From: Sphagnum compactum
Lineage: Eukaryota
DNA: 64,000 nucleotides
Reading direction: 5' to 3'
NCBI GenBank assembly: GCA_965153455.1
Contig: OZ234493.1
Location: 14,498,213-14,562,212 of the forward strand
In this document: positions 12,580 through 26,360 of the stretch, in pieces
Numbering within the stretch: position 1 is the stretch's first letter
How the letters are laid out: each line of letters opens with the position of its first letter
Notes under the pieces: generated by a model
What the model was told of the DNA's origin: nothing
The model's database searches: none
What the model saw: the letters and a program-made list of their open reading frames with translations, nothing else
Position numbers and translations under genes: made by a program

Positions 12580-13020
12580 CATTTTGGCCTCCCATAGATA
12601 ATGTGGATTTAGGGTCATAATGCCAATATTACATTTTGCCACCCATATATAGTGTGCATCTTTAAATTGTTATGCAGGTATTGCATTTCCCTCTCCCATA
12701 TATAATGTGGATTATGGTCATAATGTGGATATTGCACTTTGCCCCCACATACAGTGTGCATCTTTAAATTATCATGTAGGTATTGCATTTAAGGCTCCCA
12801 CATATAGTGTGGATTAAAGTCATAATGTGGGAATTGCAATTTTCCCCCATATATAGTGTGCATATTTAAAAAGTCATATAGGTATTGCAGTTTTCCCCCA
12901 TATACAGTGTGCATCTTTAAATTGTCATGGAGGTATTGCATTTATTTTTTCCATAAATAGTGTAGTTTGTTAACTATCATGTAGGTATTACATTTATATT
13001 ATCCATAGATAATATGGATT
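12580..13020 (+). repeat. Degenerate tandem repeat (GGTATTGCA...CCCATATATAGTGTG) upstream of the MULE transposase
   Basis: About 8 imperfect ~50-bp units are visible. Confidence 0.7.
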
Positions 13021-13269
13021 TAAAATTTACAATTATGGCCATAAACGATATCATATGTTCTCCATACTTAACATTTAGGGTATTATGTACATGATTATAT
13101 ATGGTTTAGATGAGGGATACAAATTAAGTACTTAAAACATGTACATTTGCATTAGTATTGAATATGACAATTAACATGTAATTCAACATATTGCAAATAT
13201 AAAATTTTGGACATCAATATCAATTTATTATTTTTTCTTGTAAAATCAGCTCAAGGCATAGTTTCAAAC

Positions 13270-14673
13270 ATGGGTCGTGCTTCAAAATCTCAATATATTG
13301 AGATTCAAAACCCAAAGAAGTCACCCTTTAACAACATGGACTTGGTGTGGAAAAAAGATGTTTGACACGGAGGGGCACATATAATCGAGGTTGAATGTGC
13401 ATACATCCCACATGCACGAGTCTCAGAATTTATAAATGGTGAACGAAGCCATGAAGACTCTCCAATGGAGTTGAACATTTATAAGTGGGTACCTTCACAA
13501 GAAAATGTAAAAATGCCAAGAATCCAAAACCACCTTGGCCATATTTGGTATGATGTTCTATTATTCATTTTTGTTATATGGAACTTGTTTTTTAACCTCA
13601 TATTGTACCAAATTTTAAGTCCTAAATTGATTTCACATTTGTAGGTATGCATGTGGGTATGGGCCAGAAGATAATCGTGGAGACCTAAATCACCATCGAT
13701 CCGTTAAACGAGGTTGTTTAGCTCAATTTTTGATTAGGCGATTGTACACACGACCTGAGGTGGCAGAGCTAATCTTCTACCATAGACCTCATACACGGAT
13801 CAATGGTGAGCCTGCATGTGGCAAACATGACCTTGATTCCATTGCACGACCATCTTTTTTTGCCCCAAGAATGTCACAAGCCCTCAAAGACCACATTTAG
13901 ACCCAATTGGGTTTAGGTTACACCGTCAAGTAAATATATGATAAGCATAAAGCAATATGGTGGGCTAGAATCAATGCAGGAGAAGTGATGACAAGGGATG
14001 ATTTCATTAGACAACAAGACATTGCTTACTTGGATCGCAAACACAAAAAAGGGAGTTGGCATTTACACCAAAATCCAACCATTTCCCTTCGCACATGGGC
14101 ATTTAGTCATCTAGATGATGTGTTTTATTTTCAAGATGCAAGTGAGGATAATGAGATTCATGTCCCATTCACAATAGGCATACAAACCCCATCTCAATTG
14201 CAAGCCATGGTTTCATTAGGTGATAATGGGGCAATTTCAATAGATGCCACCTTCGGCACTAATGATGTGAAATTTCATTTGTTCACATTGATGGTGTTTG
14301 ATGCACATCGCACTGGAGTGCCGGTTGCATGGATCATTACAAGTTGCCAAACATGTGATGATTTGGTGGAATGGTTAACTCCTTTGAAAACAAAGTTTTT
14401 AAGGAAGAACCCTAAATGGAAACCTTCATGTTTCATTGTTGATGATGCTTCATAAAAATTACAAGCATTGCGGTGAGTTTTATTTTCATTCTACCTTTTT
14501 TTGAGCTTTTATGTACATGTAGCCATTTCAAAATTTCATCCCACATTCTCCATTTTAAATAATGTTATTAGTTGAAATGATAATAAATTGGTATTTTATG
14601 CATGGTTAGGATTGTGTGGGGCGACGATCAAGTGCCCATTTACCTTTGCACGTGGCACGTCTTAAAGGCTTGA
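13270..14673 (+). pseudogene. MULE (SWIM-associated) transposase pseudogene, 3 exons, truncated
   Basis: MGRASK...AYIPHARVSEFINGE; YACGYGPED...KRGCLAQFLIRRL; ISIDATFGTNDVKFHLFTLMVFD; FIVDDA; LCTWHVLKA (D-D-CxxH of MULE). GT-AG introns at ~13548-13645 and ~14473-14609; several in-frame stops. Confidence 0.85.
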
Positions 14674-17167
14674 AAAAGAATTACAATGATTTCATCCACA
14701 CTCACGTACAAAAAATTTACAACAACAACAACATTTTAAATGGAGTCCAATAATAATTCATTCATGGATTCTATTATACCCCAACTTACAAAGTCATTCC
14801 AATTTTTAAGAATGTGCTTGGTCCTTTTAGCATATTGAAAAGTTCTTTTGGGCCTTCAAAATCAATCATTGTTTGACGCTTAAATGATAAATGACAGACA
14901 TAAACAAACTATACAAATTTTCTTTTCTTTTCTTGTAGAATTTTAGCAACAACAAAATCCAAAATTAAAGGATGCTTAAAAGTTATGTATATTCATTCAT
15001 TACATGCATTTTGGCATTTAAGGTTGAAGTAGAAAGAACCTATTTCAACACCAACATTAGCAACCTACCTATGTGTTTCAACATATTATTAAGCTTTGGA
15101 ACCAAAAGCTTTTCTTTGCTTCCTACTTCAAAGCAGATTGCACATTGAGGTACCTAGTGCACATCACCTTTGGAATTTACTATAAATTCAGCCCAAGGCA
15201 AATGTGTAGCCCATAATTTGTCTTGGAAATGCTTTAATCTTTCATGAACACATGTCCTCTTTCATTGCTATGGTTGAACTTACAAAATCTTTTATTGTAT
15301 CAACAACAACAATTTGGGAATTGTCCCATTTAGAATTACTTTAACATTAGCAACGACATCAACAATAAGGAAGATCTACCTAAACCTAAAGGTTTTAAAA
15401 AGTGACAAAACAGACATCATATTATGAACCCTAAGCCCTATGTAATGCATCTGAGCTTTTTCCCAACTTAAACACAACCCAAATAGAAAAAACCCAATGA
15501 CAACTTGCAAAAACTTACACACACATGATGCACAATGCAAATACACAAGGAAAGGTAACAACAAAAAGAATGTCGTGTGCGCACCTATCAGGCCTTTGAG
15601 TGAAAGAAAAACAAACTTTTAACCTTTCAATTTTGACATCAATCTGATTATCTTGATTTGCGCATTGTTAGCTCCGAAATTCCAAGTCCCAAACTCCCTA
15701 ACCACTAATGACCACCTCTAGTATAAGTTCTTGGATTCAATGTAGCCCCCAAATTTTTTAATAAATACTAAAAATATGTTCACCAAACTAATGACCTCCA
15801 TTGGATCAACTTGAGTCTTCAAGGTTCAAGCACAACTTCAATTTCTAAATTGCAGAATGCAAGCAACATACACCTCAAGAAATTTGATTGCACATCTACA
15901 AATACATATTAGTGTCCATAATGGCATGGCTACAAAGCCCCTAAACCCCTTACATAGAACAATTACAAAGTGAAATGAAGTTGTTGATTTGGTGTGAATA
16001 AAAGTAGAGGAGGTGAAGAGCTCTTAACTGAAGAGAGTTGGAATGGTGACATGAGGGGTGACAATGCTAAGTCATCATTGTTTGAAACCCTAGGTTTTAC
16101 AAAGAAATTAGAAAAAAAAATTTATTTAACCTTCCAGGTAGCATAAATGTTTTTTTTTCATATTTTTATTTCAATTGAACTAGCTACATGGTATCCTTTT
16201 TATGAGCTACAATTACCACATGGATTATTTTGTGTCAAACTATCTAGCTACATTGGCAGGGAAATGTGTAATTTTTTAACGATTAAGAAAATCATTTTGT
16301 CAATCTTAATTTGAGAAAAAAGAATTTTCTATGTAAGTTTTGGACCTACAAGCTTTAAATTCTTATCAGATCATATGTGAATTTTAATCTCCAATTTGTG
16401 ACGACAAAGCTATATGGGGGAATTGAACCTTGACCCATAAAAGCCTTAACCATTACAGCATAAAGCCTAACCTACACACAAAAAATGTTAGTTCATCATG
16501 AAAAACAAATACTAATTCCAAAAGGCCCACAAGGGGGTTGGTTGAAGGTTTTGGAATCTCCATATCCCAAAAAACTTGAATCATGGAAATAAAGGGCAAC
16601 AGGTGCAAACGAAATAACATGAGTTGCATTCGTTTGCTTTTGGGATTGCTTTTGGGGGAATATTGTTTAGAATTTTTTTTATTTTTAAAAAATGAAAAAA
16701 TGATAATTTTATTATTATTATTATGTCAACGTTTATGTAAAAGATTTCAAAATATATGTAATTTTCAAAAGTTTTGAAATATATTTATAAGTCCTTTTAG
16801 TGTTAAAAAACACACATTATAATGCTTAATGAGTGCTTTTGAAAACTTATTATTCATTGAGTATTTTTCAAATTAATTCACATGTTCCAATGATATATTA
16901 TGAACCTTACTATATAAAAAAATCTTCTATTTTTAACACTAAATTAAATTATTGTGACTTTTAAACATGAAAAATTAAGCATTGGTTACACTTGTTGTTG
17001 GCTCCTATTAGTGTTATTGCACCCAACTCATTTGTTTTCACCATCAATACTCAAATTACAATTGCCATTAGATTTCAACATACAATTCAAATTACAATAT
17101 CCATAAAAAATAGCTAGCTCAAAGTTAATAGTCATATGCCCATTGCTTATTAACTACGGCCTACAAC

Positions 17168-17830
17168 CATTGTATCATATGGGTGTCAATTTTTCAAGTT
17201 GACTACAAAATATCATCCCTAGTAGTCTTTTGCATTTTTGAGGAGGAATATGTAGATTTCAAAATGATAATAACATGATATTGAATGAAAAATAATTTTA
17301 AACATAAAAAATCCGTCATAATTTCAAAAGGTGAAATCTTTGCATTCAGTGGAACATGATATTTATATGGTATTATGTGGGTATTACATTTTGTCTCACA
17401 TAGCACATCATCTTGTCCACACATGAAAATACCATGTTACATGCATGCACCATTTGGTATAACAAATTATGGCATTAATACTAATATTATATGGATGGCT
17501 AAATATATGTGTGTATTGGCCTTACTAGACAACCCATTAAGATGTTTGCATTTGGACCTATTTTAAAATTGTTCACATTCCAAAAAATACCATTTTTTGG
17601 GGGGTTTTGGGTTTGACTTAATTATGGATGTATTCGTAATGGTTTATATTAGGGCCCTATAAAGTTTTTGGGTAAAACATATATGTATATTATTATTATT
17701 TATTTTTTCAATGTCTATTGTTATGTATGGACATAACAATCCAAAATGGTATATTAAGAATACAAAAACCATTGCAATACGTCATCATTTTTTGGACACC
17801 CTAAAAAACCAACACCCATATGATACAACG
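17168..17830. mobile_element. MITE-like element
   Basis: Terminal inverted repeat CATTGTATCATATGGGTGT / ACACCCATATGATACAACG; AT-rich non-coding interior; TSD not resolved. Confidence 0.55.
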
Positions 17831-18199
17831 ATATCATAAATTCATACAAGTGAGCCACTAAGTCACTGAGTAACAATAATGTCATAAATTTTTTTGATAA
17901 AATTTTGTAACAAGGTTAAGGAACCCACCAAGTCAAAACTTTGGTAGGCCATAGAAAAATGAAACTATAAACGAAACATCAAACATCCAACTTTCCAAGG
18001 ATTCCAATATCCAACCAAATTGCAAAAATGAATTTAAGAACAAGGTTCAAGCCTAAGTAATCAAGATACAAAAGGAAAAAAATGGTAAAACTTGGGCAAC
18101 CTTTAAACTCCATACCGAGTTATGTTATCTTTCCAACTCCAAATTGCTTTTCCAAAAAGAAAGTTGACAAGCTGAATTATTTTTGGTTAAACATCCAAA

Positions 18200-20200
18200 T
18201 AACTTGTTCCAAATGCATAATCAATTTGTTTTCTAGATTATTTTCTATGAAGGTGAACATAGAAAAACATTGTTCATTTTCCATTGAACCAATCATTTAC
18301 ACAACAACAAGTTTAACCAATTTATTGTACTAAAAATAATAATTCCATAAGAATTTGTGATGAAGAAAAACTTTTCCATAACTTGGTAGATGGGTTCACA
18401 TCAAAAGATTTTTGAATTGCCAACTTAGAATTTTTCTTCATGGTATTGAAAAATAAAGATCCTTGTAGGTCAAAAATAATAGTTGAAAACAATCTTGGAG
18501 CCCATAACTCAACAAGCCTTAACTTTTAAGGTTATTAAAACTACCAAATTGAGCAAAAAACCTTGCTTCAAGTTTTGGTTGTAGCCATATTGTGGGTACA
18601 TAATACTAAATTCATCCATCAAGTTATGGGTTGAGATTTGGCCTTGTAATTTTGTAATAAGTTGACTAGCAAATTTTTCACATTGTTTTTTCAAATGCCA
18701 CCAATTTTGCACAACCAAGTTCTATAACAAAACTAGATGCCCCCATTTGTAAGGATGTGGCCCAAATATGTTGGTCAACAAACCCAAATGCCAAATGATC
18801 TATTCTTTTATTTGAATTAGTAATCCATCAAAGATTTATGCTTTCATTCATGAGCATAATCAAGGCTTAAAAATTCATAAACATATCACCTTGAATAGTG
18901 GAATGGATGTCATAATACATTCGATATACACCCCCTTCACAAATTTTGACTATTGTAATAAAATCACACACAAACACTGTGCAATTGTGCAAATTTGATC
19001 AAAAAATGCACCATGTCTAATAATGTCTCAACATTAGTCAACAAACACAAGTTACATCTGATAAAAATTATTGTGGGTGCATTTAATGTCATCTTCATAA
19101 AAAGAATGTGATATTCAAACCACAAATGTTTGACAAAATTAAACATGGATATCCACCTAATTTTGACATTTCACAATATTTTGTTGCCTTTTGTTTCCAT
19201 GATTTTTGCCAATTTGGCAAATTTGAGGTGTTTCTTGGGGCTATGGTTGAAATAAGCATAGATACACTTACAAAGACTTTCAATGCGAAAAATCAAATGT
19301 AGGTTTGAGATGGTTTATATTATCAAGTTTGTTCAATGAACCATACAATGTATGACAAAAAACATATTGACTTCAGATCTAAGGCCTTGGAAGGTGCTAA
19401 CGCCATTGGCACCAAAATAAAGTAACCTTCAAGCAAACTCCTCTTCCTTCAAACCCCCTTGTGTCATAAAAAAATTCATGATCAACAAAGTTAAACTATT
19501 AGCCCCAAATTTAAAAAGCACTTGTTGAACATTCAGCAAGGTATCCAACACTACTCTTAGAGAACATAACCATACACATTTGCCCAACTTCCATTATTCA
19601 TGGATGTGACCTCAGCACAAGTAAAACATACAAACTTGGCATTTTGGATAACAAGGTTAATCATTTTTCTCACCTCATGGTCTACATATTCTACTATTTC
19701 CCAACTAACTTCATTGGACCAATAATTTTTGGGGACAAATCAAAGTTTTTAAAACTTGATCAAAGGCTAAAAATCCTAATAATTTTTCATTGGCTTACTT
19801 TTACTTAAGAGGATGAAAATAGTGGCAAATTGACCAATTTTTTCCTTGTCTTCCATTGCTTAACCAAAATTAAACTATTGGAAAATAATTGTTGTTGACA
19901 GTTGAGCATAAACAATTTCATAGTTTAGATGCTTGCATTTTGGATCCATAAACCACTTACCATCAAGAGCTTTTTCCTTACTTGCATGTTTATCAATGGA
20001 ATCCCATTTGGCCATCAAAACCTTCTCTTTCTTCTCAATTTGATAACAAATATGACACTTGACAAAAGTAACCAGCCTAGCTTTATTGAAAATGGGTTCT
20101 ACCCATGGCATTTTAAAAGCCTAGACATCTTGAAACTTATAAGTTTAATTAGTATCAAAATCCTTTTTTCATCTGTTATGATTAAAAACATGCACACATT
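18200..20200 (-). pseudogene. hAT transposase remnant
   Basis: PWVEPIF...VKCHICYQIEKKEK (zinc-finger-like N-terminus) and IGSMENEQCFSMFTFIENNLENKL (hAT C-terminal dimerisation motif S..ER.FS). Many stops and frameshifts. Confidence 0.7.
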
Positions 20201-20929
20201 CAACAATATAGAGTTAAGGTTTTCAAAATATTTAAACATTTCAAAAGAGTTTTGAGGTGGAACAATTGTCAATTTAGAGTTCTATTGTTGGTTTTTTTGT
20301 TCACCCATGTGACTAAGAAGAAACAAATTGATCAAGTGCAAGGGCTTCTTCTAGGATTCAACCACCAAAAAAACATTTAAACTTGAAATTATTGGGAACT
20401 TGTAATCATGGAGGCATGACTAAAACCAGAAATGCAAATTGATTCAAATTTCAAATAGCAAAATCAATTCAAAAGTGAAAATTCAAGAGGTTTACAAAAA
20501 AAAATTCACATTGTTGTCTATAAGAAGAAATTCAAGTGCATTTCAAACAAAAACAACTTCTATTGCGTGCCCATTGTTTGTAGCCTCACATAAGAAATTC
20601 AAACTAAAAAATTGAGAAGTTAAACCCTCAAAATTTAAATTCAATAAACTACTCACTACTAAACAGATATTACACATGTTTATAGACTTTGTGTCTTTAG
20701 AGTTTGTAGCTTTAATTTTCAATGTGGAATGTGCATACAAGAAATCCAAGCTTTTCAGTCCTACGTACTACTTAGAGTACCTCGCCATTGCCTACTAAGA
20801 GCTTGAAAGGCTTATAGGTTTTGATTTTTAACTAATAGGTTAGGAGTCATGATGAATTTGACAATCCACAAAATACACACAAAACAATTATGAGATTCCT
20901 AAGCACATAGTGCATAGTGCACACAATCC

Positions 20930-20962
20930 ATATATATATATATATATATATATATCTATATA
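20930..20962. repeat. (AT)n microsatellite
   Basis: Visible directly. Confidence 0.9.
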
Positions 20963-22319
20963 TCAATGAAAAAACTTACCATTCATTGGTTCAATAAAAG
21001 ATCGTAAATGAGCATTAAATTTGAATTAGTAGTTCTACATGCACAAAGGATGAAACATGGACATGGACTCTCAATTGATGCCTACAAAGGTTGAATTTAG
21101 GTTTCGATAACTCTACATGTGAATTGTGATTTCCCCTGAACTGCAGGGATGCGAAAACCCTATCTCCATTTTTTACATGAGAATTTTAATTCTCTAGCTT
21201 TGAAGCTTTTCTTATTAGAATTTTGTGATTTTTTCTATAAAAAATTTTAAAAAACCCTTTCTGATTCACCAGCCAAATGTTTATGTCAAAAAAAGAATTT
21301 TCGCTTGAAAAAACACCGGGTAGCAGAGTCAAATTTTAGGTAGCCATTTGGTGATTTTTATCCACCAAAGAAAATGCTGCTTCCTTCCCTCCCTGCCCTT
21401 CTGGGCTTTAATATTAATCAGAACCAAACCTCCTGTAAATGGTCTGAATAAATATCCGCCTATGAAACGGTTTTTTCCAACGCAAAATATTAGAAGGGAA
21501 TCTCACTAGTTTCAGAGTGCCGCACATCAAAGAGAAATGGCCATTGAGTAGTGGACAATTGCTCCAATCAAGGGCCCTGAAATCCCAAGAAAAAGAAAAG
21601 CCTGGTTGGCATCTCATTGTTTTTCATAGGAATTCATTTATGTAGCGTAAGTGGTGATCATCCATATAAGGCTTAGAAAAAACGGCAATCATTGCTAGAA
21701 TATTTAGCCAAATGTGGCTATAAACCAGTCATGAACTACAAATCTTTAATTAACCTCGTGTATTCAATATACAAATCTAGTATTTGAGGGCACCCATTGT
21801 TGATTCTATTACTGAGTGACCGGGTGCACTCAAATTTTGCTATGAAGGAGCCACTTTGATGGCCACATCATCAATATTTTTGAAATTTTGGGCAGACCCC
21901 ATTAGAAGCGCCTCTGCTACCCCCACTCCTCCAAATAGCAGCATAGTGGCTTACATGTAGCACAAATTTTTACTTTATATATATGTACAGATATATACAT
22001 ATAATATATATATATGACATCAACCTTGATATGGGATAAAATCAGAGGAGAAAACCACCAGAAGACAAGAGAAGACATTGCTATTCTACTACAACTACAT
22101 AAATGTAAAGCATCTAAATTCACTTTTGTGGTCACAGAACATGACAATAGTGGGAGGTTTGGAGATAAAAAGAACTAGCAAGTTTGATGGAATTTCAACA
22201 ATGAGGATAATAGACTTTCCACATCCAAAATCTTACAAAGTGGAAGGCAATTGATTAATATCATGCAGAATAATACCAATTTTGTGAAATGAACATAATG
22301 AATTGCCTAAATGATTTCT

Positions 22320-24680
22320 AGTTAAACCGGACACCTTTATTTTTCTACTACAACAACCATATAATAGCCAAAACAATTGTGTACGGCAATAATCATGTCT
22401 GTAAGAAAAAGGATGAACGTTTAGTGGAAGACTATGTTACACAGCCCATTTTTCTTGTCCACATGCAACTATGCTTTTTACAAGTGTAACGACAACTCAC
22501 TTGCATTCATTTTGTGAGGAGGAGTTTCCTGACAGAATCATTTATGTGAAGTTGCATGCGTAAATGAACCGCCCTGGTACAGAACTGGAGAACCCACCTG
22601 GTTTTTTTGGTACCAGTACGTAATTGTAGTGCGCCTGCAATCACGTTTGTGGTCAGGTTCTGTGCATCAAATACCTGTGCAGCGGTACACGTGAAGCCAT
22701 TTCCAAGTTCCTTTCATTCTCTAAATTTTAATTTAATTGAATTTCTTACTACAATTGATTTATGTCAAACTTGAATAATGTTGAGCGCCATAGTACTGGA
22801 CTGGACGACGGAAGTTTTTTTCCCTCATCGACATAATTGTACTGCACTGAAAGTCATGTCTGACGGAGAAGAGAGGGAGGATTAGCTGAGTCACTTGCCT
22901 CACTACTCAGGCACCACTACTGGGCGTCACTTTGGCTACAAACAAAAATTCCTGAAAAAAAATACTGCTCAGACAATCTTCAGCACTGGTTTTTTTTCAG
23001 GAATTTTTGTTTGTAGCCGAAGTGGTTATCATGGGTAGGTAGATGTAGAAAAAGTGGTGATCATCCCTTTGACGATGTAGCCAAATGTGGCTATAAGACA
23101 GAAATAAAATAACAATCTTTAATCAACCTTCTATATTTTTGGCTAAACAATGAAAATTAAATGTACGAATTAGGCGAATAATATTCTTTTCCTCACGTCT
23201 GGTGACTGAAAACCTTCAAAATCACTCATTCTTATTTTTAAATTTCGTTAAAAAAAAAGCTACTTCTGAGGAGCTGCTGGTGGAACTTAGTGCAACTGAA
23301 TACCAAGTCTGAGAAAGCGTACGCCCACCCTGGTCCAGAAATTGTACAACCCATTAATTTTTCCTACAACCACACAAGAGTTGTGCAGTAATAATCATGC
23401 TCGTCAGAGCATGAACGACACGCGTCAACTTGGTGGTAAAGTCCAGCTGAGCTCTTGTGTTCTGTGCAAGCTCCTGTTTTGCGCCACAAACGCTCAGGGC
23501 TGCTCCAGTGCACGGGAACCCACTTGCATCCATTCTGGAGGAGCCTGCTGGCAACATTTATGGAAAGCTTATAAGTACTAGTTCATTTGATTTATGTCAA
23601 ACTTGAATGATGTTGAGCGCCTCAGTACTGAACTGGAGGACCCAAGTTTTTTTCCCTCAACGATATAATTGTGATGCACTGAAAGTCATGTCTGTCGGAG
23701 AAGAGAGAGAAGATTAGCTCAAGATGTCATCGACAGAAGTTTCACTCTTTGTTTGCAGGACACGCCTGAGGAGTGATGCAAGAGAAGCGACTTGCATTCA
23801 TCTTCTGAGCCGTGTTTCTTTTCAGGAGTTTTGTTGGTCGCCAAACTGGCTACCATTGGTAGGAAGATGTAGAAAAAGTGACCATCATCCCTCAGAAGAT
23901 TTAGCCAAATGTGGCTTTAAGCCAGAAATAAAGTATTAATCTTTAATCATCCTTTTACTTTTTTGGCTACATAATGAAAAACTAAATGTTCGAATTTGGA
24001 GATTACTATTATTATTTTCCACACATCTGCAGACTGAAAACCTTCAAAATCGCTTGTTCTTAGCTTTAAATTTCGCCAGTCAGAAAAACGCTGCTTCTGA
24101 GGTGCTGCTGGTGGAACTTAATACCAAGTCGGAGAAAGGATACGCGCGCCCTGGTAAAGAGATTTTACAACCCACTATTCTTCCCTACAACCAAACACTT
24201 GTAGTGCAGCATTAATCATGCTTGTCAGATCATAAACGAAGTGGGCAATTTCATGGTAATCTCGTGCACACAGCTGAGCTCTAATGCTCTGTGCGAGCTC
24301 CTGTTGTGTGTCCCTTTAATCATCCTTCTGTATTTTTGGGTTCACAAAGAAACTAAATATACAAATTTGGGGATTATTATTATTATTATTTTCCTCATTT
24401 CTGCCCACTGAAAACCTTCAAAATCACATATTCTTAACTTTGTGTGTCGTCGGTAAGAAAAAACGCTACTTTTAAGGTGCTGCTGGCGGACCTTAGTGGA
24501 ACTTAATACCAAGTCTGAGAAAGGATACGCGCACCCTCTGACAGAAATTGTACAACCCGATATTTTTCCTTACGACCACAAATTGTAGTGCAGTAATAAT
24601 CATGCTTGTCAGATCATAAAGGATCTGGTCCAATTAAGCGGTAAACTTCTGGAGACAGCTGAGCTCTCGTGTTCTGTGCA
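22320..24680. repeat. Degenerate tandem array of several-hundred-bp modules
   Basis: Recurrent blocks: ATAATCATGCTTGTCAG, CAGCTGAGCTCT, GCTGCTGGTGGAACTTA, ACTGAAAACCTTCAAAATC and GATTTATGTCAAACTTGAAT..TGTTGAGCGCC (22757 and 23590). Confidence 0.75.
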
Positions 24681-25889
24681 CAAAGCCTTGGGTTTACATA
24701 AGATTTGGAAAATAATTAGCACAAACATGTTCACTCACACCCCATTTAGGTGTGAGTTATAGTGATATTGTCATGGCTAAAATCACTTGTGTAACTATGT
24801 AGTGGTTTTATTGTAATCCCATTCCATCCAAATTGGATTTCAACGGAAGTGTATAGGGGTAGAGGACACAATTTCCATATATGCACATGCTTAATTTTCC
24901 AAATCATTTTTCAATAGTCACCACTTAAGCATTTTTTCGTGCATGAGCCATAATCCACTACATTAGTATAATACCAAATAGACCCAAAATAACTAATGAA
25001 GGATGTTGGCAATGGTCAAATTCTAAAAGGTGAAAATTTGAACATTCTAATATTGTCAAGAACACCAAAAACAAGATCAAATCTATTACTTGGGTTTGCA
25101 CTTACCTAGATTTTCAAACCATCAAAAATTAGTATATAGTGATAGAAGTGGCACGTGAAAAGTTTCATTTAAGTACTTGTCCAAGCTAGCTTACACATCT
25201 AATAACGGTTTAGTTCCCTTTCATAAGGTTGGTCCATATCTACTTTATATCACCTTGGACCTATGAATGCAATGCATCAAAAACATATATACTTGTAAGT
25301 AGGTTAGGTGATTACCAAAGGATCTCTTGAATTTTTCAGTAGGAACAAAGAAACTTGCTTTTAGTCCATGGTGTTTGCAAAGGTGATTTTATGATGAACC
25401 AAACACCATAATGGAAACAATCCATGTAGGGTGGTTGTCGGCTGATTCCCCATAGCTCTTTGTTTAATACAACTATTTTAGCAAATTTTGCACATCTTGG
25501 AGGCCAATAGAAAACATCCTCTTCCCAACTATGTTTTCTTGAGCTTGAATGTGTTGTTACAAACATATTAGGTTTACAACCTTGGTCATACAACCATTGC
25601 AAGAGCACCTTTGCTACTTGGTCACCATATTTGTATTCTAACATGGTGCTATCAACTCCTACATCCACCAAATCCATGAGTTTGACATGTTGTAATGAGT
25701 GTTAGGCTTTACACCTAATTATATGCACTAATTATCATGCATCTTGACATTGCAATTTTCTTGATCAAATTGACACACCACCTATGGAATAACATGAATT
25801 ACGTTAATTAGGCACAATATTCAAGATACTTATTCATCTACAATACATGAGCCCATAAGTTTTTGCATTTTGAATTGTGTCCAAATAAC

Positions 25890-26360
25890 TAAGAAAAGAT
25901 AAAAGTTTAGCCATAAAAAAATATAGGTTTTGCTAAGAGATACAAGTTTAGTTGAGAAGAGATAAAAGTTTAGCCAATAAAGGATAAAAGTTTTGCTAAA
26001 AGATAGAAGTTTTGCCAATAAAAGATATAGATTTTGCCAAGAGATAAAATTTTAGCCAAAAAGAGATAAGAGTTTTGCCATAAGATAGAAATTTAGCCAA
26101 GAAGATATAAGAGTTTTGCCAAGAGATAGAAATTTAGCCAAGAAATAAGAGATTTGCCATGAGATACAAATTTAGCCACGAAATAAGAGTTTTGCCAAAA
26201 GATAAAATTTTAACCAAGAAAAGATAGGAGTTTTACCAAAAGATAAAAATTTAGCCCAAAATAAATATATTCTTTGCCAAAAGATGAAAGTTTAACCAAG
26301 AAGAGATAGGATTTTTGCCAAGAGATAAAAGTTTAGCCAAGAGGAAATAAGATTTTAGCT
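25890..26360 (-). repeat. Subterminal tandem array (AAGTTTAGCCAAGAG), mirror of 11060-11520
   Basis: Reverse-complement units of the left array. Confidence 0.85.

Noticed and set aside
23690-23720. GA-rich stretch reminiscent of miR156/529
   Set aside because: Poor match and no complementary star arm; more likely a polypyrimidine tract on the minus strand.
25336-25677. 113-aa minus-strand ORF inside the MULE
   Set aside because: No recognisable motif or splice context; probably TE debris.
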